Source: a virus
Virus record (IMG/VR): IMGVR_UViG_3300045738_000438
Coordinates: 3,432-67,431 of that record
Length of the DNA: 64,000 nt
Reading direction: 5' to 3' (one strand)
Shown: piece after piece, positions 1 to 9,126 of the stretch
How positions within the stretch are numbered: the stretch's first letter is position 1
Layout: each line of letters begins with the position of its first letter
Translations under genes and position numbers: made by a program
The notes under the pieces: model-generated
Seen by the model: the letters and a program-made list of their open reading frames with translations, nothing else
The model's database searches: none
What the model was told of the DNA's origin: nothing

Positions 1-32
1 AAGGAGTACGCCCAACTTGACATGGAGGTTGG

Positions 33-371
33 TTGGCTGATGGAAATAGAAAAAAAGCTGTGAGTGTTGAGTTCACATGGGTACAGCGGCGGCCAGCAAT
101 CAATGCTGATGATGATAATGTGTGCCAATGGTTGTTCCACTTGAGGGCGGCAGAGGGCGAGGCAGCCTCCTATGTGGCCGAGACTGTTAGTATAACGGAC
201 AACCAGAAGCCTGTGGATGATTGGCTTCCCGAAGAGATAGAGGCAATGAGTGAGGCTTATCGGCGTATCAACAAGTGGGATGCGCTGCTGCTTTCTGACA
301 TTGAGGAGCAGTTAAACGCACCCAGAAGCGTGGACGGGTGGAACGAGGAGACATTAAGCATTGATTCCTAA
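33..371 (+). CDS. hypothetical protein, possibly tail-associated
   Basis: ORF overlapping the next gene; start codon uncertain; no diagnostic motif. Confidence 0.5.
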   Translation: MADGNRKKAVSVEFTWVQRRPAINADDDNVCQWLFHLRAAEGEAASYVAETVSITDNQKPVDDWLPEEIEAMSEAYRRINKWDALLLSDIEEQLNAPRSVDGWNEETLSIDS

Positions 372-1014
372 AATCATACATCAGGTTTGGGATGGGCCGA
401 TGCCTCCGGGGATACGGGAGTGTCTGGATTCGGTGAAGAGTGTCATGCCTGACTACGATGTGGTGGTTCACCGGGGAGTGGACATGGACGAGCTTGTGCC
501 AGAGCCGTTTAGTCAGGTGGAAAGAACCAACCTGTACCGCAACCGACTCCTGTATCGCCACGGCGGGTGGTGGATGGATGCTGACTGCTACGCCCTGCGG
601 CCATTCAATTCAGACAAGCCTTACTCGTTTGGTACACAGGAAAAGTCAGTTCGTTACAATGGAAGGCACGGGTTCCCCCCGCTAGTGGTAGATTGGGCGT
701 TCGGTTCCGAGGCGGGGAACCCAGACCTAACAAGGGTTCTGCGGCGACTCGCCCCATCAAGGTTGCACCGAAGGTCTAGCATTGGGCGATCTACCGCTAT
801 GCTGCCGCTGGGCCAACACATGGCCAAGGAACTGGGCGGTAGAAAGCTGGAGCCGCCCCATGTTTACGGCAGTAGAAGGTTTTCGTACCACGCCCCCAGC
901 AAGCTGATTCCGAAGAACGCCACCTTGATACATTTATTTCTTGGGTCATGGTATGATAACGGCTGGCGGAATGGGATTTTGGACAAGGTGAAGGAGGCTA
1001 TGAGATGGGGGTAG
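361..1014 (+). CDS. glycosyltransferase, GT32/OCH1-like (DXD)
   Basis: N-terminal IPKIIHQVW and RNRLLYRHGGWWMDADC with DXD, typical of the Gly_transf_sug family. Confidence 0.85.
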   Translation: MIPKIIHQVWDGPMPPGIRECLDSVKSVMPDYDVVVHRGVDMDELVPEPFSQVERTNLYRNRLLYRHGGWWMDADCYALRPFNSDKPYSFGTQEKSVRYNGRHGFPPLVVDWAFGSEAGNPDLTRVLRRLAPSRLHRRSSIGRSTAMLPLGQHMAKELGGRKLEPPHVYGSRRFSYHAPSKLIPKNATLIHLFLGSWYDNGWRNGILDKVKEAMRWG

Positions 1015-1099
1015 CGTGTTCTAAATGCAAAATGGCTTATGAGGAGACAGGGTTGATGTTGAGGTTGACGGTAAAGATTTGGTATTATAGAAAAACATT

Positions 1100-1618
1100 A
1101 TGGCTAACATAAAATACGAAGTAACAAGGTGGGACGTTAGCGTCTGCCACCACACGCACCCAACACAGGCTGGCTACGCTGAGTCTGTTATTCTGGGTAT
1201 CACCGCTACAGATTCGGAGAGCGGCAAGTCGGCATACAAAGACGAGCGGATTTCCGTTTATCCCTGTGTGGAACTAGCTGAATTTGAGACTTCTAGTGAG
1301 CAATGGATTGAGAACCAGATCGGCAGCGGCGGTTGGTATCTGGAGTTGCAGACTCGCATTGCCGCCCAACTGGTAGCACCAGAACCAGCCCCGCATAGGG
1401 AGATGCCTGACTTCTCCAAGATGGTGATTGGCGATGGCTACGCTGACTTCCCCGCAGAGGAGGAGGAGGAGGAGCCTGAAGTGGTTGAGGAAACGCCAGC
1501 CGATGACGCCCCCAAGGAGGATGAAGCCCCCAAGCCGAAGAAGAAGGCCAAGAAGAAGGCTGCTCCCAAGGTAGAGGAGGAGGAGGTCAAGGAGGATGAG
1601 GAGACGCCTGCGGGGTGA
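1100..1618 (+). CDS. hypothetical protein with acidic/Lys-rich tail
   Basis: ATG ORF after an AT-rich spacer; low-complexity C-terminus. Confidence 0.7.
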   Translation: MANIKYEVTRWDVSVCHHTHPTQAGYAESVILGITATDSESGKSAYKDERISVYPCVELAEFETSSEQWIENQIGSGGWYLELQTRIAAQLVAPEPAPHREMPDFSKMVIGDGYADFPAEEEEEEPEVVEETPADDAPKEDEAPKPKKKAKKKAAPKVEEEEVKEDEETPAG

Positions 1619-1701
1619 GGGCTAAACGTGGCCAACGGCAAAAGAAGAAGAGGCGAAAAGGTTGTCGGCAGCCAAGGCGTCTTGCTACAATAACCCCGCT
1701 T

Positions 1702-1911
1702 ATGGCTGATCAGAATAAGGAGCAGTTACAAACTGCCACACAAATCCTAGTAAACGCAGCATCCCAAGCACGCTTGACTGCTGCCGAACATGAACAGGTA
1801 AGGCAAGCCACACAGATTGTGGCTACTGAGCTTGGGCTGACAGGGCCACCAGACTCGCCCCAGCCTGACATAGTTATGCCAGAACCTGTGGTGGAGGAAA
1901 AAGCGGAATAG
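1702..1911 (+). CDS. small helical hypothetical protein
   Basis: MADQNKEQLQTATQILVNAASQARLTAAEHEQ; internal ATG of track ORF 1615..1911. Confidence 0.6.
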   Translation: MADQNKEQLQTATQILVNAASQARLTAAEHEQVRQATQIVATELGLTGPPDSPQPDIVMPEPVVEEKAE

Positions 1912-1917
1912 TGTTAG

Positions 1918-2076
1918 ATGAGCTGGCTAGACGACATGAAAGTCCTGACTTCGTTCGGGGTCGGCATCGGCAACTGGATGCTACAGATAGATGTCATCCT
2001 GCACGTTGCCATATCGGTAGCCACGTTAGCCTACATTATTCTTCGCATTCATAAACTCATCAAAGAGACTAGATGA
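1918..2076 (+). CDS. small membrane protein, holin-like (52 aa, below track cut-off)
   Basis: Hand translation MSWLDDMKVLTSFGVGIGNWMLQIDVILHVAISVATLAYIILRIHKLIKETR; hydrophobic helix, basic tail, ATGA overlap with next gene. Confidence 0.6.
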   Translation: MSWLDDMKVLTSFGVGIGNWMLQIDVILHVAISVATLAYIILRIHKLIKETR

Positions 2077-2423
2077 AAAAAACCAAATACATACTACTGT
2101 TAGGGGCGTTGCTGTTTTGTACGGCCAACGCCAGAGCGGACGGGTTATTCGGCGCAGGCTGGAAGCCTAGTCCTAACATCACACTGTTCGGGCAGAAACT
2201 GACATGGCCAATCCCAAGCCTCTGCATTGGGGCCAAGGCTGGGGTCATCTCTGATGCCGGGGTTAGCCCGGATGGAGTGGAACTCAAGATACCGTATTTT
2301 GCGGTGAGCATCCCGTTCCCATCCCTGACCCTGAAGGTTGGTAAGGACAACCCGGAGGTGGTGGTTAAACTCGGTTCGGTTAACAAGGCAGAACACAAAC
2401 ACAAACCAGAGGAGGGCGAGTAA
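2073..2423 (+). CDS. exported protein with signal peptide
   Basis: MKKTKYILLLGALLFCTANARA|DG Sec-type signal; beta-rich mature part. Confidence 0.65.
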   Translation: MKKTKYILLLGALLFCTANARADGLFGAGWKPSPNITLFGQKLTWPIPSLCIGAKAGVISDAGVSPDGVELKIPYFAVSIPFPSLTLKVGKDNPEVVVKLGSVNKAEHKHKPEEGE

Positions 2424-2424
2424 A

Positions 2425-2592
2425 ATGTTAAAATCCAAAACCACTTGGACAGCCGTTTCGGGAATAATTGCTGGGATCGCTGGGTACTTTACGGGCGAAT
2501 TGGAAATTGGCGCAGCAGTTAATATTGTGATTACCAGCCTGTTGGCTTTGTTCCTCAGACACGGGATAAAGAAGGTGGAGGACGGCAGCTAA
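2425..2592 (+). CDS. holin-like two-TM protein
   Basis: MLKSKTTWTAVSGIIAGIAGYFTGELEIGAAVNIVITSLLALFLRHGIKK; two hydrophobic segments and basic C-terminus. Confidence 0.65.
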   Translation: MLKSKTTWTAVSGIIAGIAGYFTGELEIGAAVNIVITSLLALFLRHGIKKVEDGS

Positions 2593-2608
2593 AACTATCA
2601 TAGTTTAA
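2590..2608. repeat. 19-bp palindrome copy 1
   Basis: TAAAACTATCATAGTTTAA spanning a stop-to-start junction. Confidence 0.9.
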
Positions 2609-2964
2609 TGGCTATCCTGCGCTTGATTTGTGCCATCCTGAAAGCCGTTCCTGTATTGGAGCGGCTTTTTCTTGCGGTGGCGAAGCAGTACAAGGAGAAA
2701 GTTGCAAGTGAAAGGTATCAAGACAAGCTGGATTTTATTGACGCTATTGTTGATAAGCACGGTGAGTTGCCAGACAACAGCGAAACTAAACAACGTGAAG
2801 GAACTGACGGAGCATCCCCAGTTCCCAGATGCTGCAAGAGCGGCACCGGCGTGGACAAAGGCCGCGCTAAAAAAGGTGGCAGAGCTAGAGTACAGAATAG
2901 AAAGAAAATGAAATCATACGCACCAGTAAAAAAGAAAAAGGGTGGGAAGAAAAAGTCCCTTTAA
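2608..2964 (+). CDS. putative i-spanin (Rz-like)
   Basis: Hydrophobic N-terminus followed by a charged helix; contains a nested lipoprotein ORF in the +1 frame. Confidence 0.5.
   Translation: MAILRLICAILKAVPVLERLFLAVAKQYKEKVASERYQDKLDFIDAIVDKHGELPDNSETKQREGTDGASPVPRCCKSGTGVDKGRAKKGGRARVQNRKKMKSYAPVKKKKGGKKKSL
2708..2911 (+). CDS. putative o-spanin lipoprotein (Rz1-like)
   Basis: GTG start, KGIKTSWILLTLLLISTVS|C lipoprotein signal, embedded in 2608..2964. Confidence 0.6.
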   Translation: MKGIKTSWILLTLLLISTVSCQTTAKLNNVKELTEHPQFPDAARAAPAWTKAALKKVAELEYRIERK

Positions 2965-2975
2965 GGCTCCACGCA

Positions 2976-4448
2976 TTAAAGCGGGACGGCGGTTAAGCTC
3001 ATTCTTCCGGCAGTCGGATCGCTGAAAAACTCAAGGTCGGCGGACATTTCTCCGATTAGCGCATAGCTGAGGCTGTCGAAGCTATGTTTATTGTCATCGC
3101 TAATGACATATTGCCCCACTGACTTTCCCTTCCTTAGGTACCTGAACATTTCAACCGTCTTGATACAGTGTGCAGATATGTGAAGCCGGTTTTGCATGAG
3201 AAGGTCTTTCAGGAGTTTGACTCTTTGCCTGACTGAACCTGAAAACTTGGGCGCACCGATGAGGTTTATCTTCCCGTTGCTGGCAGCAGCCACAACCCTA
3301 TGATCATAGGTGTTAGCCGAAGCCCTGTACCTCACCATTGACGAAGTGTCAGACCAGTGAGTCCACCTTATCTCCTTGCCCAAGTGTTCCTCAAGTCGTT
3401 CTATTCTGTCCATTGCTTCCCCGGTGAAATCCTCCAAGGATACGTCAGCATGGAGTACCACAAGCTCGTCCAACACTGTCCATCTGGTGCCTTGGACGGT
3501 GTTCACTTTTTCTAGGATGTGAAAAGCGTGGTTTCTGTCCCCCAAGTCCCAGCCACCTATAAGCTCAGTGCAAGCGTTTGTGGGCAATATGACTTCCCAT
3601 TCGTCTTCAATGGGGCTGTCGATGTTCCCAACAACGTGGGTGTCAAACTTAAACACCTTTCCGAAGTGTGCGTTTGAAGATGAGGCTGTCCACTTCCCAA
3701 GCACATACCTATCATAAAGCTCCGGGTCAGGCCGAAACGTGGCAATCAAGTCCTTCTTGTCGTACTCGGACAAGTAGGGGTTGTCATCAACCATTGCTTC
3801 GATCAGGTCAAACTGGGCTATGTACTCCGGGTCGGGGTGGTCATCCTTCCCCGGCTCCTCATACCACATTTTATAAATCCAAGAGTTTGTTCCCTCTTCT
3901 GCTGGGTTTGTGTCCCCTATCCACTGGTGCTTTTGGTATGGCAGGCCGGGGAGCCGAAGCTGCCCCTTTGATATGGTGAAAACGCAGGAGTCTTTGAAGT
4001 TGGATAGCTCGGAAAAGAATATCAGGGAGAACCTAGTGCCCTTGATTTTCTCCTCAATGTCATGGTCTACGTCAAGTGAGTGCAGTTGGATTTCAGTTTC
4101 GTTGCCGTGCATGTTGGCAACCCTCATGTAGTGCATCTTGGTAACACCATCAACCTTTGGGGGGACGGTAACCTTGAAGCCATCAAGGCCCGCCTCCCAC
4201 TCAGGAAGGATTACATCAATGAGGTCAGACCAGACACCAGACTTGGCGTTCCTGATTGTCTTGCAAAATATTCCGACCCGTCCACTTCTGGTCTCCCAGC
4301 AATGGCGCATCAGCCGGTGGAGAACGCCGATGGTTTTGGAGGAATAGCGGGGGCCACTCACAAGAAGGTATCTTCCGGTGGAGTTGAAAATCTCCAGTTG
4401 TTTTGGGGATATGCTGGGATACCAGTACCCACTAGCGTCAAGAGGCAT
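2976..4448 (-). CDS. terL: terminase large subunit
   Basis: Walker A-like SGPRYSSKT, Walker B IFFSE, coupling DTNP, DNPYL, nuclease GGWDLG and C-terminal HSFDSLSY. Confidence 0.9.
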   Translation of the reverse strand: MPLDASGYWYPSISPKQLEIFNSTGRYLLVSGPRYSSKTIGVLHRLMRHCWETRSGRVGIFCKTIRNAKSGVWSDLIDVILPEWEAGLDGFKVTVPPKVDGVTKMHYMRVANMHGNETEIQLHSLDVDHDIEEKIKGTRFSLIFFSELSNFKDSCVFTISKGQLRLPGLPYQKHQWIGDTNPAEEGTNSWIYKMWYEEPGKDDHPDPEYIAQFDLIEAMVDDNPYLSEYDKKDLIATFRPDPELYDRYVLGKWTASSSNAHFGKVFKFDTHVVGNIDSPIEDEWEVILPTNACTELIGGWDLGDRNHAFHILEKVNTVQGTRWTVLDELVVLHADVSLEDFTGEAMDRIERLEEHLGKEIRWTHWSDTSSMVRYRASANTYDHRVVAAASNGKINLIGAPKFSGSVRQRVKLLKDLLMQNRLHISAHCIKTVEMFRYLRKGKSVGQYVISDDNKHSFDSLSYALIGEMSADLEFFSDPTAGRMSLTAVPL

Positions 4449-4477
4449 GTTTTTGTTATATTGAACCCGGAGGCTTT

Positions 4478-4753
4478 ATGGCAAACGAACTAACAATAGA
4501 CTTAAGAGACCCCGCAATGCAGGAGGCATTCAACGATTGTGATCCGGGTGAAACGCACACGGTCACTATGGATATCACGGTTTCCGACAAAGGGGAAACA
4601 TTGGTGGCCGACATTGACCCTGATTCTGTAGAGAAATATGTGGAAGAGGAAGAGGCTTACGACGAGGAAGTTGCCCCCCCAGAAGGCGAAGCCGCCCCCC
4701 CGGAGGCGGTGGCCATCGTAATGAAGGGCACCAATGCCGAGGAGGAAGTCTAA
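4478..4753 (+). CDS. small acidic hypothetical protein
   Basis: ORF heading the portal operon. Confidence 0.7.
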   Translation: MANELTIDLRDPAMQEAFNDCDPGETHTVTMDITVSDKGETLVADIDPDSVEKYVEEEEAYDEEVAPPEGEAAPPEAVAIVMKGTNAEEEV

Positions 4754-4994
4754 GAACCTAGAGGTAGAATACTGCGAAGACGGTCATGTGAGCATAAAGC
4801 TTAACTTGGCCGAAATGCGCCCAAAGCGTGGGCGCGGATATCGCAGTATATTGTACCATGAGGGCAACATTAAGGGCGGCGGTATGATAGCTTTCCTTAA
4901 GTTGTGGCGTCCTGTAACCAGAAGCCAGAGGGCAAAGATACTGAAGCAGTTCCACAAGAACATGGTGGCGGCAAAGTCGCCCAAGATTATTTAA
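4734..4994 (+). CDS. small basic hypothetical protein
   Basis: Fills the gap and is coupled to the portal start. Confidence 0.55.
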   Translation: MPRRKSKNLEVEYCEDGHVSIKLNLAEMRPKRGRGYRSILYHEGNIKGGGMIAFLKLWRPVTRSQRAKILKQFHKNMVAAKSPKII

Positions 4995-4995
4995 G

Positions 4996-7290
4996 ATGGT
5001 AGACCTAAACGTACTAACTTCCCGTGGGGTTACGGCTGATGCCGCCAGAAAGGCGTTTGACAAGGATGATGACTCTCAGGTTCCAGAAAAAGCCTTGGCG
5101 TTGCTGGATCGGATGCGGCAGCGGATTGATGACGGGGTGAACTGGTGCATCCAGAACCACAAGATTTACCATGCACTGGACTTGGCTTGGGACGCCCCGC
5201 TTAAACAGGTCAGCAACACGCTGGCCTATTCTCTTTTAGAGAAGGGGCTAAGTGATGAGTCAGTCCTTAATGCCGCCAAGGACTGGGGGCTGACCGGGAT
5301 GATAGAGACCGTCAAGGACGGCAAGGGGGAGCGGAGCCAGTTAAACCTCCCGGTTTTCTTTAACATTTTTGTGCCGCTTGTCCGATCCTACGTCACCATC
5401 AGGTGGGCTAGAATTTACAATGACCGTAGGCAGTACCCGTTGTTCAAGTATGAGATGGGGAAAAACACCACCAAGAACAAGATCAGGTCTGAGATTATAA
5501 CCGACAGGGTGCAGGTGATGTCTAACCAGCATGGGTACTCTGAGCTTTTGAAGCAGGGAATCTTTCATATGCTTCACTACGGGTGGGCTGCCCAATTTCC
5601 GCAGGAAGAATGGCACACGGAGAAGCAGGTGCTGTTTGGTGCCAATAACGCCGAAGAGGAAAAGACGGTAAAGGAGGGGATTCGTTACAACCTTCCGCAT
5701 CCGAGCCGAGTGTTTCTGGATCAAGCCCACAGGCCGACCACATATAACTCTGACAGCGGTTGTGAGTTTGCAGGGTACTGGAGGATCATGCGCTACCGGG
5801 ACATTCGGTCTAACCCCATGTTCTGGAATACGGACAAGATTACGTATGGCAGGACAACGCAAATCTTAGGCAAGGCCAAGACATATCTGGAGTTGGTCTC
5901 TCCCTGTACAATGGAGTTCCCTCAGAGCCGATCCAACTTCGTAGAAACAGACCGGGAGACGGAGATGAACAGGTTCTATCGTTCATCTGACGATGACAAG
6001 GCAGTGCTGATTACAGAGTATTATGAGAAAATTATTCCAAGTGAGTGTGGCCTTGGTGATTATGATCACCCTGTATGGTTTCGTTTTTGTTTGGCTAATG
6101 ATGATACTGTTCTCTACGCTGCTCCTTTACCTTATTGCCCCGTTGTATACTACGCTTATGACCCGCATGAAGGGAAAAGCATCAACACCTCGTTGAGCCT
6201 TGAGGTTGTTCCGTTCCAAGACCAGATAGGGAACCTTCTCAGCCAGTACCTGTTGAGCGTTAAGCAGAACCTAGCCAACATGACCTTTGTTGACACTGAT
6301 CAGGTGCCCAAGGACATGATAGACAAGCTCCAGAACTGGGGGGAGAAACTGTTTCGTAGCCTCAACTTCATGCCGTTCTCGTCTAGGCAGAACAAGTTTG
6401 CCCAGAGCGACGTGAGGGAGGCGTTCAACTCTGTTCGGTTCACCGCGCTGGACACCAACGGGATTGTTGGTGCCATGAAGCAGATCATAGACATGCTGGA
6501 GCGGTTGCTTGTTATCTCCTCGCAGGAGATTGCACAGGTGGCAGCGCATGAGCAGACCGCCGAGGAAGTACGCACCATCGCAAGCACCACCACCACCCGC
6601 CTGTCCTTCACGGCTTCAGCAGTGGATGACGCCATGCTGGCGTGGAAGGAGCAGCTATACCGAGGGTTAATGGCTTATGGGGAAGACGAGATTTACGCAA
6701 CTATTAGCTCAGATTACACGGCTGAACAAATTCAGAACCTTGGTTTCACGGTTGAAGAGGAAGACGAAGACCGCGCTGGTCTTATTAGAGTACGAGGACA
6801 GAAGACTGCTCTTAATCTTGAGGTCATTGGCTCTTACCGGGACAGTCTGGACAGGGTTTCAGATAATGCTACGGCTGCTGCCCTGACCCAGTTGTATCAG
6901 ATCGTTGTGAGTGACCCTGAGATCAAGCAGAGTGTTGGCGTGGATCAGATTCTGGATGTTGTGAACCAGATCGGAACAATGCTGGGGCTTCCAAAAGACT
7001 TTAAGCTTAAGAAGATTGAGGGTGCCGAGCAGGAGCAGCAGGCCGAGAAGATGGCGGCTGTAGCCGAGGAGATCAGGAACTCAATAATCAACGAGGTGGG
7101 CGAAGCCATTAAGCCCATAGCCGAGAATTCCCAACAAAATACCAACCTTATTAAACAAATCATGGAGGCAATACAGGGTGGGCCGCAGCCGTCTAACCCA
7201 GCGCAATATGATACAGGTAACGCAGTCCCCTCTGGAACTCCAGCCGATGCTAGGTATCCAGAATTGGCTCAAGCAGGGCCAATACGCTAA
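4996..7290 (+). CDS. portal protein (podovirus type)
   Basis: 764 aa, position between TerL and scaffold, P22/N4-like features (PFQDQIGNLLSQ, QTAEEV, Gln-rich helical C-terminus). Confidence 0.75.
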   Translation: MVDLNVLTSRGVTADAARKAFDKDDDSQVPEKALALLDRMRQRIDDGVNWCIQNHKIYHALDLAWDAPLKQVSNTLAYSLLEKGLSDESVLNAAKDWGLTGMIETVKDGKGERSQLNLPVFFNIFVPLVRSYVTIRWARIYNDRRQYPLFKYEMGKNTTKNKIRSEIITDRVQVMSNQHGYSELLKQGIFHMLHYGWAAQFPQEEWHTEKQVLFGANNAEEEKTVKEGIRYNLPHPSRVFLDQAHRPTTYNSDSGCEFAGYWRIMRYRDIRSNPMFWNTDKITYGRTTQILGKAKTYLELVSPCTMEFPQSRSNFVETDRETEMNRFYRSSDDDKAVLITEYYEKIIPSECGLGDYDHPVWFRFCLANDDTVLYAAPLPYCPVVYYAYDPHEGKSINTSLSLEVVPFQDQIGNLLSQYLLSVKQNLANMTFVDTDQVPKDMIDKLQNWGEKLFRSLNFMPFSSRQNKFAQSDVREAFNSVRFTALDTNGIVGAMKQIIDMLERLLVISSQEIAQVAAHEQTAEEVRTIASTTTTRLSFTASAVDDAMLAWKEQLYRGLMAYGEDEIYATISSDYTAEQIQNLGFTVEEEDEDRAGLIRVRGQKTALNLEVIGSYRDSLDRVSDNATAAALTQLYQIVVSDPEIKQSVGVDQILDVVNQIGTMLGLPKDFKLKKIEGAEQEQQAEKMAAVAEEIRNSIINEVGEAIKPIAENSQQNTNLIKQIMEAIQGGPQPSNPAQYDTGNAVPSGTPADARYPELAQAGPIR

Positions 7291-7501
7291 ACTAAAGATA
7301 GCATTTAACGGGTTGATAGCCTCTCACCAAGAGGCGGCGTCCAGATATTTAATGGAAGCCGAGGCTGATCCGCGCCGAATGGCTGAAGCTCAAGCAGAGG
7401 CAGCGGAAGCAAATAAACTTTTATTGGTAATCCAAACCTTAGACACAATAAGAGATGGTAAGATGGAGCTACCGATAACTAAAATAACAATAGAACATTA
7501 G
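7208..7501 (+). CDS. small helical protein between portal and scaffold
   Basis: Typical position; overlaps portal end. Confidence 0.55.
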   Translation: MIQVTQSPLELQPMLGIQNWLKQGQYAKLKIAFNGLIASHQEAASRYLMEAEADPRRMAEAQAEAAEANKLLLVIQTLDTIRDGKMELPITKITIEH

Positions 7502-7504
7502 TTT

Positions 7505-9025
7505 ATGAGTAAAATAAAAGAAGCTGTAGATAGGCACATGGTTGAAACCCGCCCCCCAAGTATGACGGTAGTTTCTGCTTCCGTGGAAGAGGAGCAAGGC
7601 ACTAAGGAGAAAAGCTCAGGCGTCCTGCCTGCGTTTCCAGAGGAGCCACAAGAAGAGCCTGTCGCTGCGGAGCCTGAAGAGGCTGCTTCTGAGGAACCTA
7701 CCAACGAGGATGTGGATGATGCGGTTGGAGGGATAATGGATCGGCTTGGTTTCGGCTCAAAGATTGAAGCTGAAGCTGCGGAGCCAGAGCCGCCTTCCGA
7801 GGAGGAACCCTCCGAGGGGGAACCTTCCGGGGAGGAGGCACCAACCGATGAGGAAACCCCTGCTGAGGAGGAGGCGAAGGCGAAGGAGAAGAAGCCACGG
7901 ACGCGCCGCAAAAAAAAGGATTGGCTTAACGCTGATGACATTAGGGGCATCATCAGGGAGACCGCACAAAGCGCGGCCAAGCCAGCGGAGGCTGAAGCTC
8001 TCGGTGAGGAAGCTAAACCTGAAGACCCCGTTGATGTGTTGAACAAGGCAGACCTAGAGGCGTTTGCCGAGATGGAGAAGAACCCCAAGTACGAAGGGTT
8101 GAAGGGAAAGTACAAGGCTTACCTCGTTAAACTATCACAGTATAAGAAAAACTGGGAGACTGAGAATCCGACATCAACCTTCAACATGGAGGATATGGAG
8201 CATGAGGACTTCACTTCTTCAAGCCAACCAGAGTATGACCCGTCCGACTTTCAGGATGCCAAGATCACGGTGAAGGCCCGTGAGATAGTCCATGAGCAAG
8301 ACAAGGCTTACAGGACAGAGATTGACGAACTTAAGAGTTCAATTGACGAGTCAGGGATGAAGGACGAACTTCACTCTGGTGCAAACGATAGCTATGCCGA
8401 GATAGTCAAGCTTGCTGATGAGTCCTACCTGAAGGTGGTTCAAGAAGGGGGCGGGGAAGCCTTGCAGGAGGCAGACCCTATCGCCCATCAGGTTCTGAAC
8501 GAGGTCTTGGCAGCCAACGACAAGCACCTGTACGAGCTTGAGAAGCTGGCCCACCCGTCAAATAAGTTCAGGCTGAACATGAGCAACGAGACCCACAGGG
8601 AACTGATTGATTTTGCCGTCAAGAAGGAGCAGGACATATCCAGCCTCCCTGTTAGCCAGCAAATGCATGAAGGCAAAAGGTTTGCGACCACAAAGGAGTT
8701 CATGGACATGGGCGAGGAGCAGCGGAAAAACCACTGGAACCTTCAGCCGAAGCACATCAAGGCCATGTACGTCACAGACCTTGGCCAGCAAGCAAAGACG
8801 CGCATAGAAAAGCAGCGTGAAATGTTTGACAAGTATACGAATTATAAGTCGGGGAAAAAAACTGCCCCAAAGGAAAAAGCAAAAGCAGAGAAACCCCAGC
8901 AAAAACGGGCACAAAGTAACCCTCCGTCAACTACGGGTGAAGCTCTTGCGTCAACAGGGGGTACCACGTCGGCTAATGTTAATTTAGGGGATGATTCATA
9001 CCTAAAGGGTAAATTATGGGGATGA
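7505..9025 (+). CDS. capsid scaffolding protein (putative)
   Basis: Very acidic disordered N-terminus, helical core, immediately upstream of the capsid gene. Confidence 0.65.
   Translation: MSKIKEAVDRHMVETRPPSMTVVSASVEEEQGTKEKSSGVLPAFPEEPQEEPVAAEPEEAASEEPTNEDVDDAVGGIMDRLGFGSKIEAEAAEPEPPSEEEPSEGEPSGEEAPTDEETPAEEEAKAKEKKPRTRRKKKDWLNADDIRGIIRETAQSAAKPAEAEALGEEAKPEDPVDVLNKADLEAFAEMEKNPKYEGLKGKYKAYLVKLSQYKKNWETENPTSTFNMEDMEHEDFTSSSQPEYDPSDFQDAKITVKAREIVHEQDKAYRTEIDELKSSIDESGMKDELHSGANDSYAEIVKLADESYLKVVQEGGGEALQEADPIAHQVLNEVLAANDKHLYELEKLAHPSNKFRLNMSNETHRELIDFAVKKEQDISSLPVSQQMHEGKRFATTKEFMDMGEEQRKNHWNLQPKHIKAMYVTDLGQQAKTRIEKQREMFDKYTNYKSGKKTAPKEKAKAEKPQQKRAQSNPPSTTGEALASTGGTTSANVNLGDDSYLKGKLWG
8127..8145. 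repeat. 19-bp palindrome copy 2 (intragenic)
   Basis: TTAAACTATCACAGTATAA inside the scaffold gene. Confidence 0.75.
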
Positions 9026-9036
9026 TAATATACCTG

Positions 9037-9112
9037 CCTGTCTGCGCGTAAGCCGCACACAGGGAGGAATGCTATAATATTTCATCCTGTCTGCGCGTAA
9101 GCCGCAAACAGG
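9037..9112 (+). promoter_or_regulatory. tandem 27-nt hairpin repeat in capsid leader
   Basis: CCTGTCTGCGCGTAAGCCGCA(C/A)ACAGG at 9037-9063 and 9086-9112; each folds with a GTAA loop. Confidence 0.85.
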
Positions 9113-9126
9113 AAAGAATAAATATT

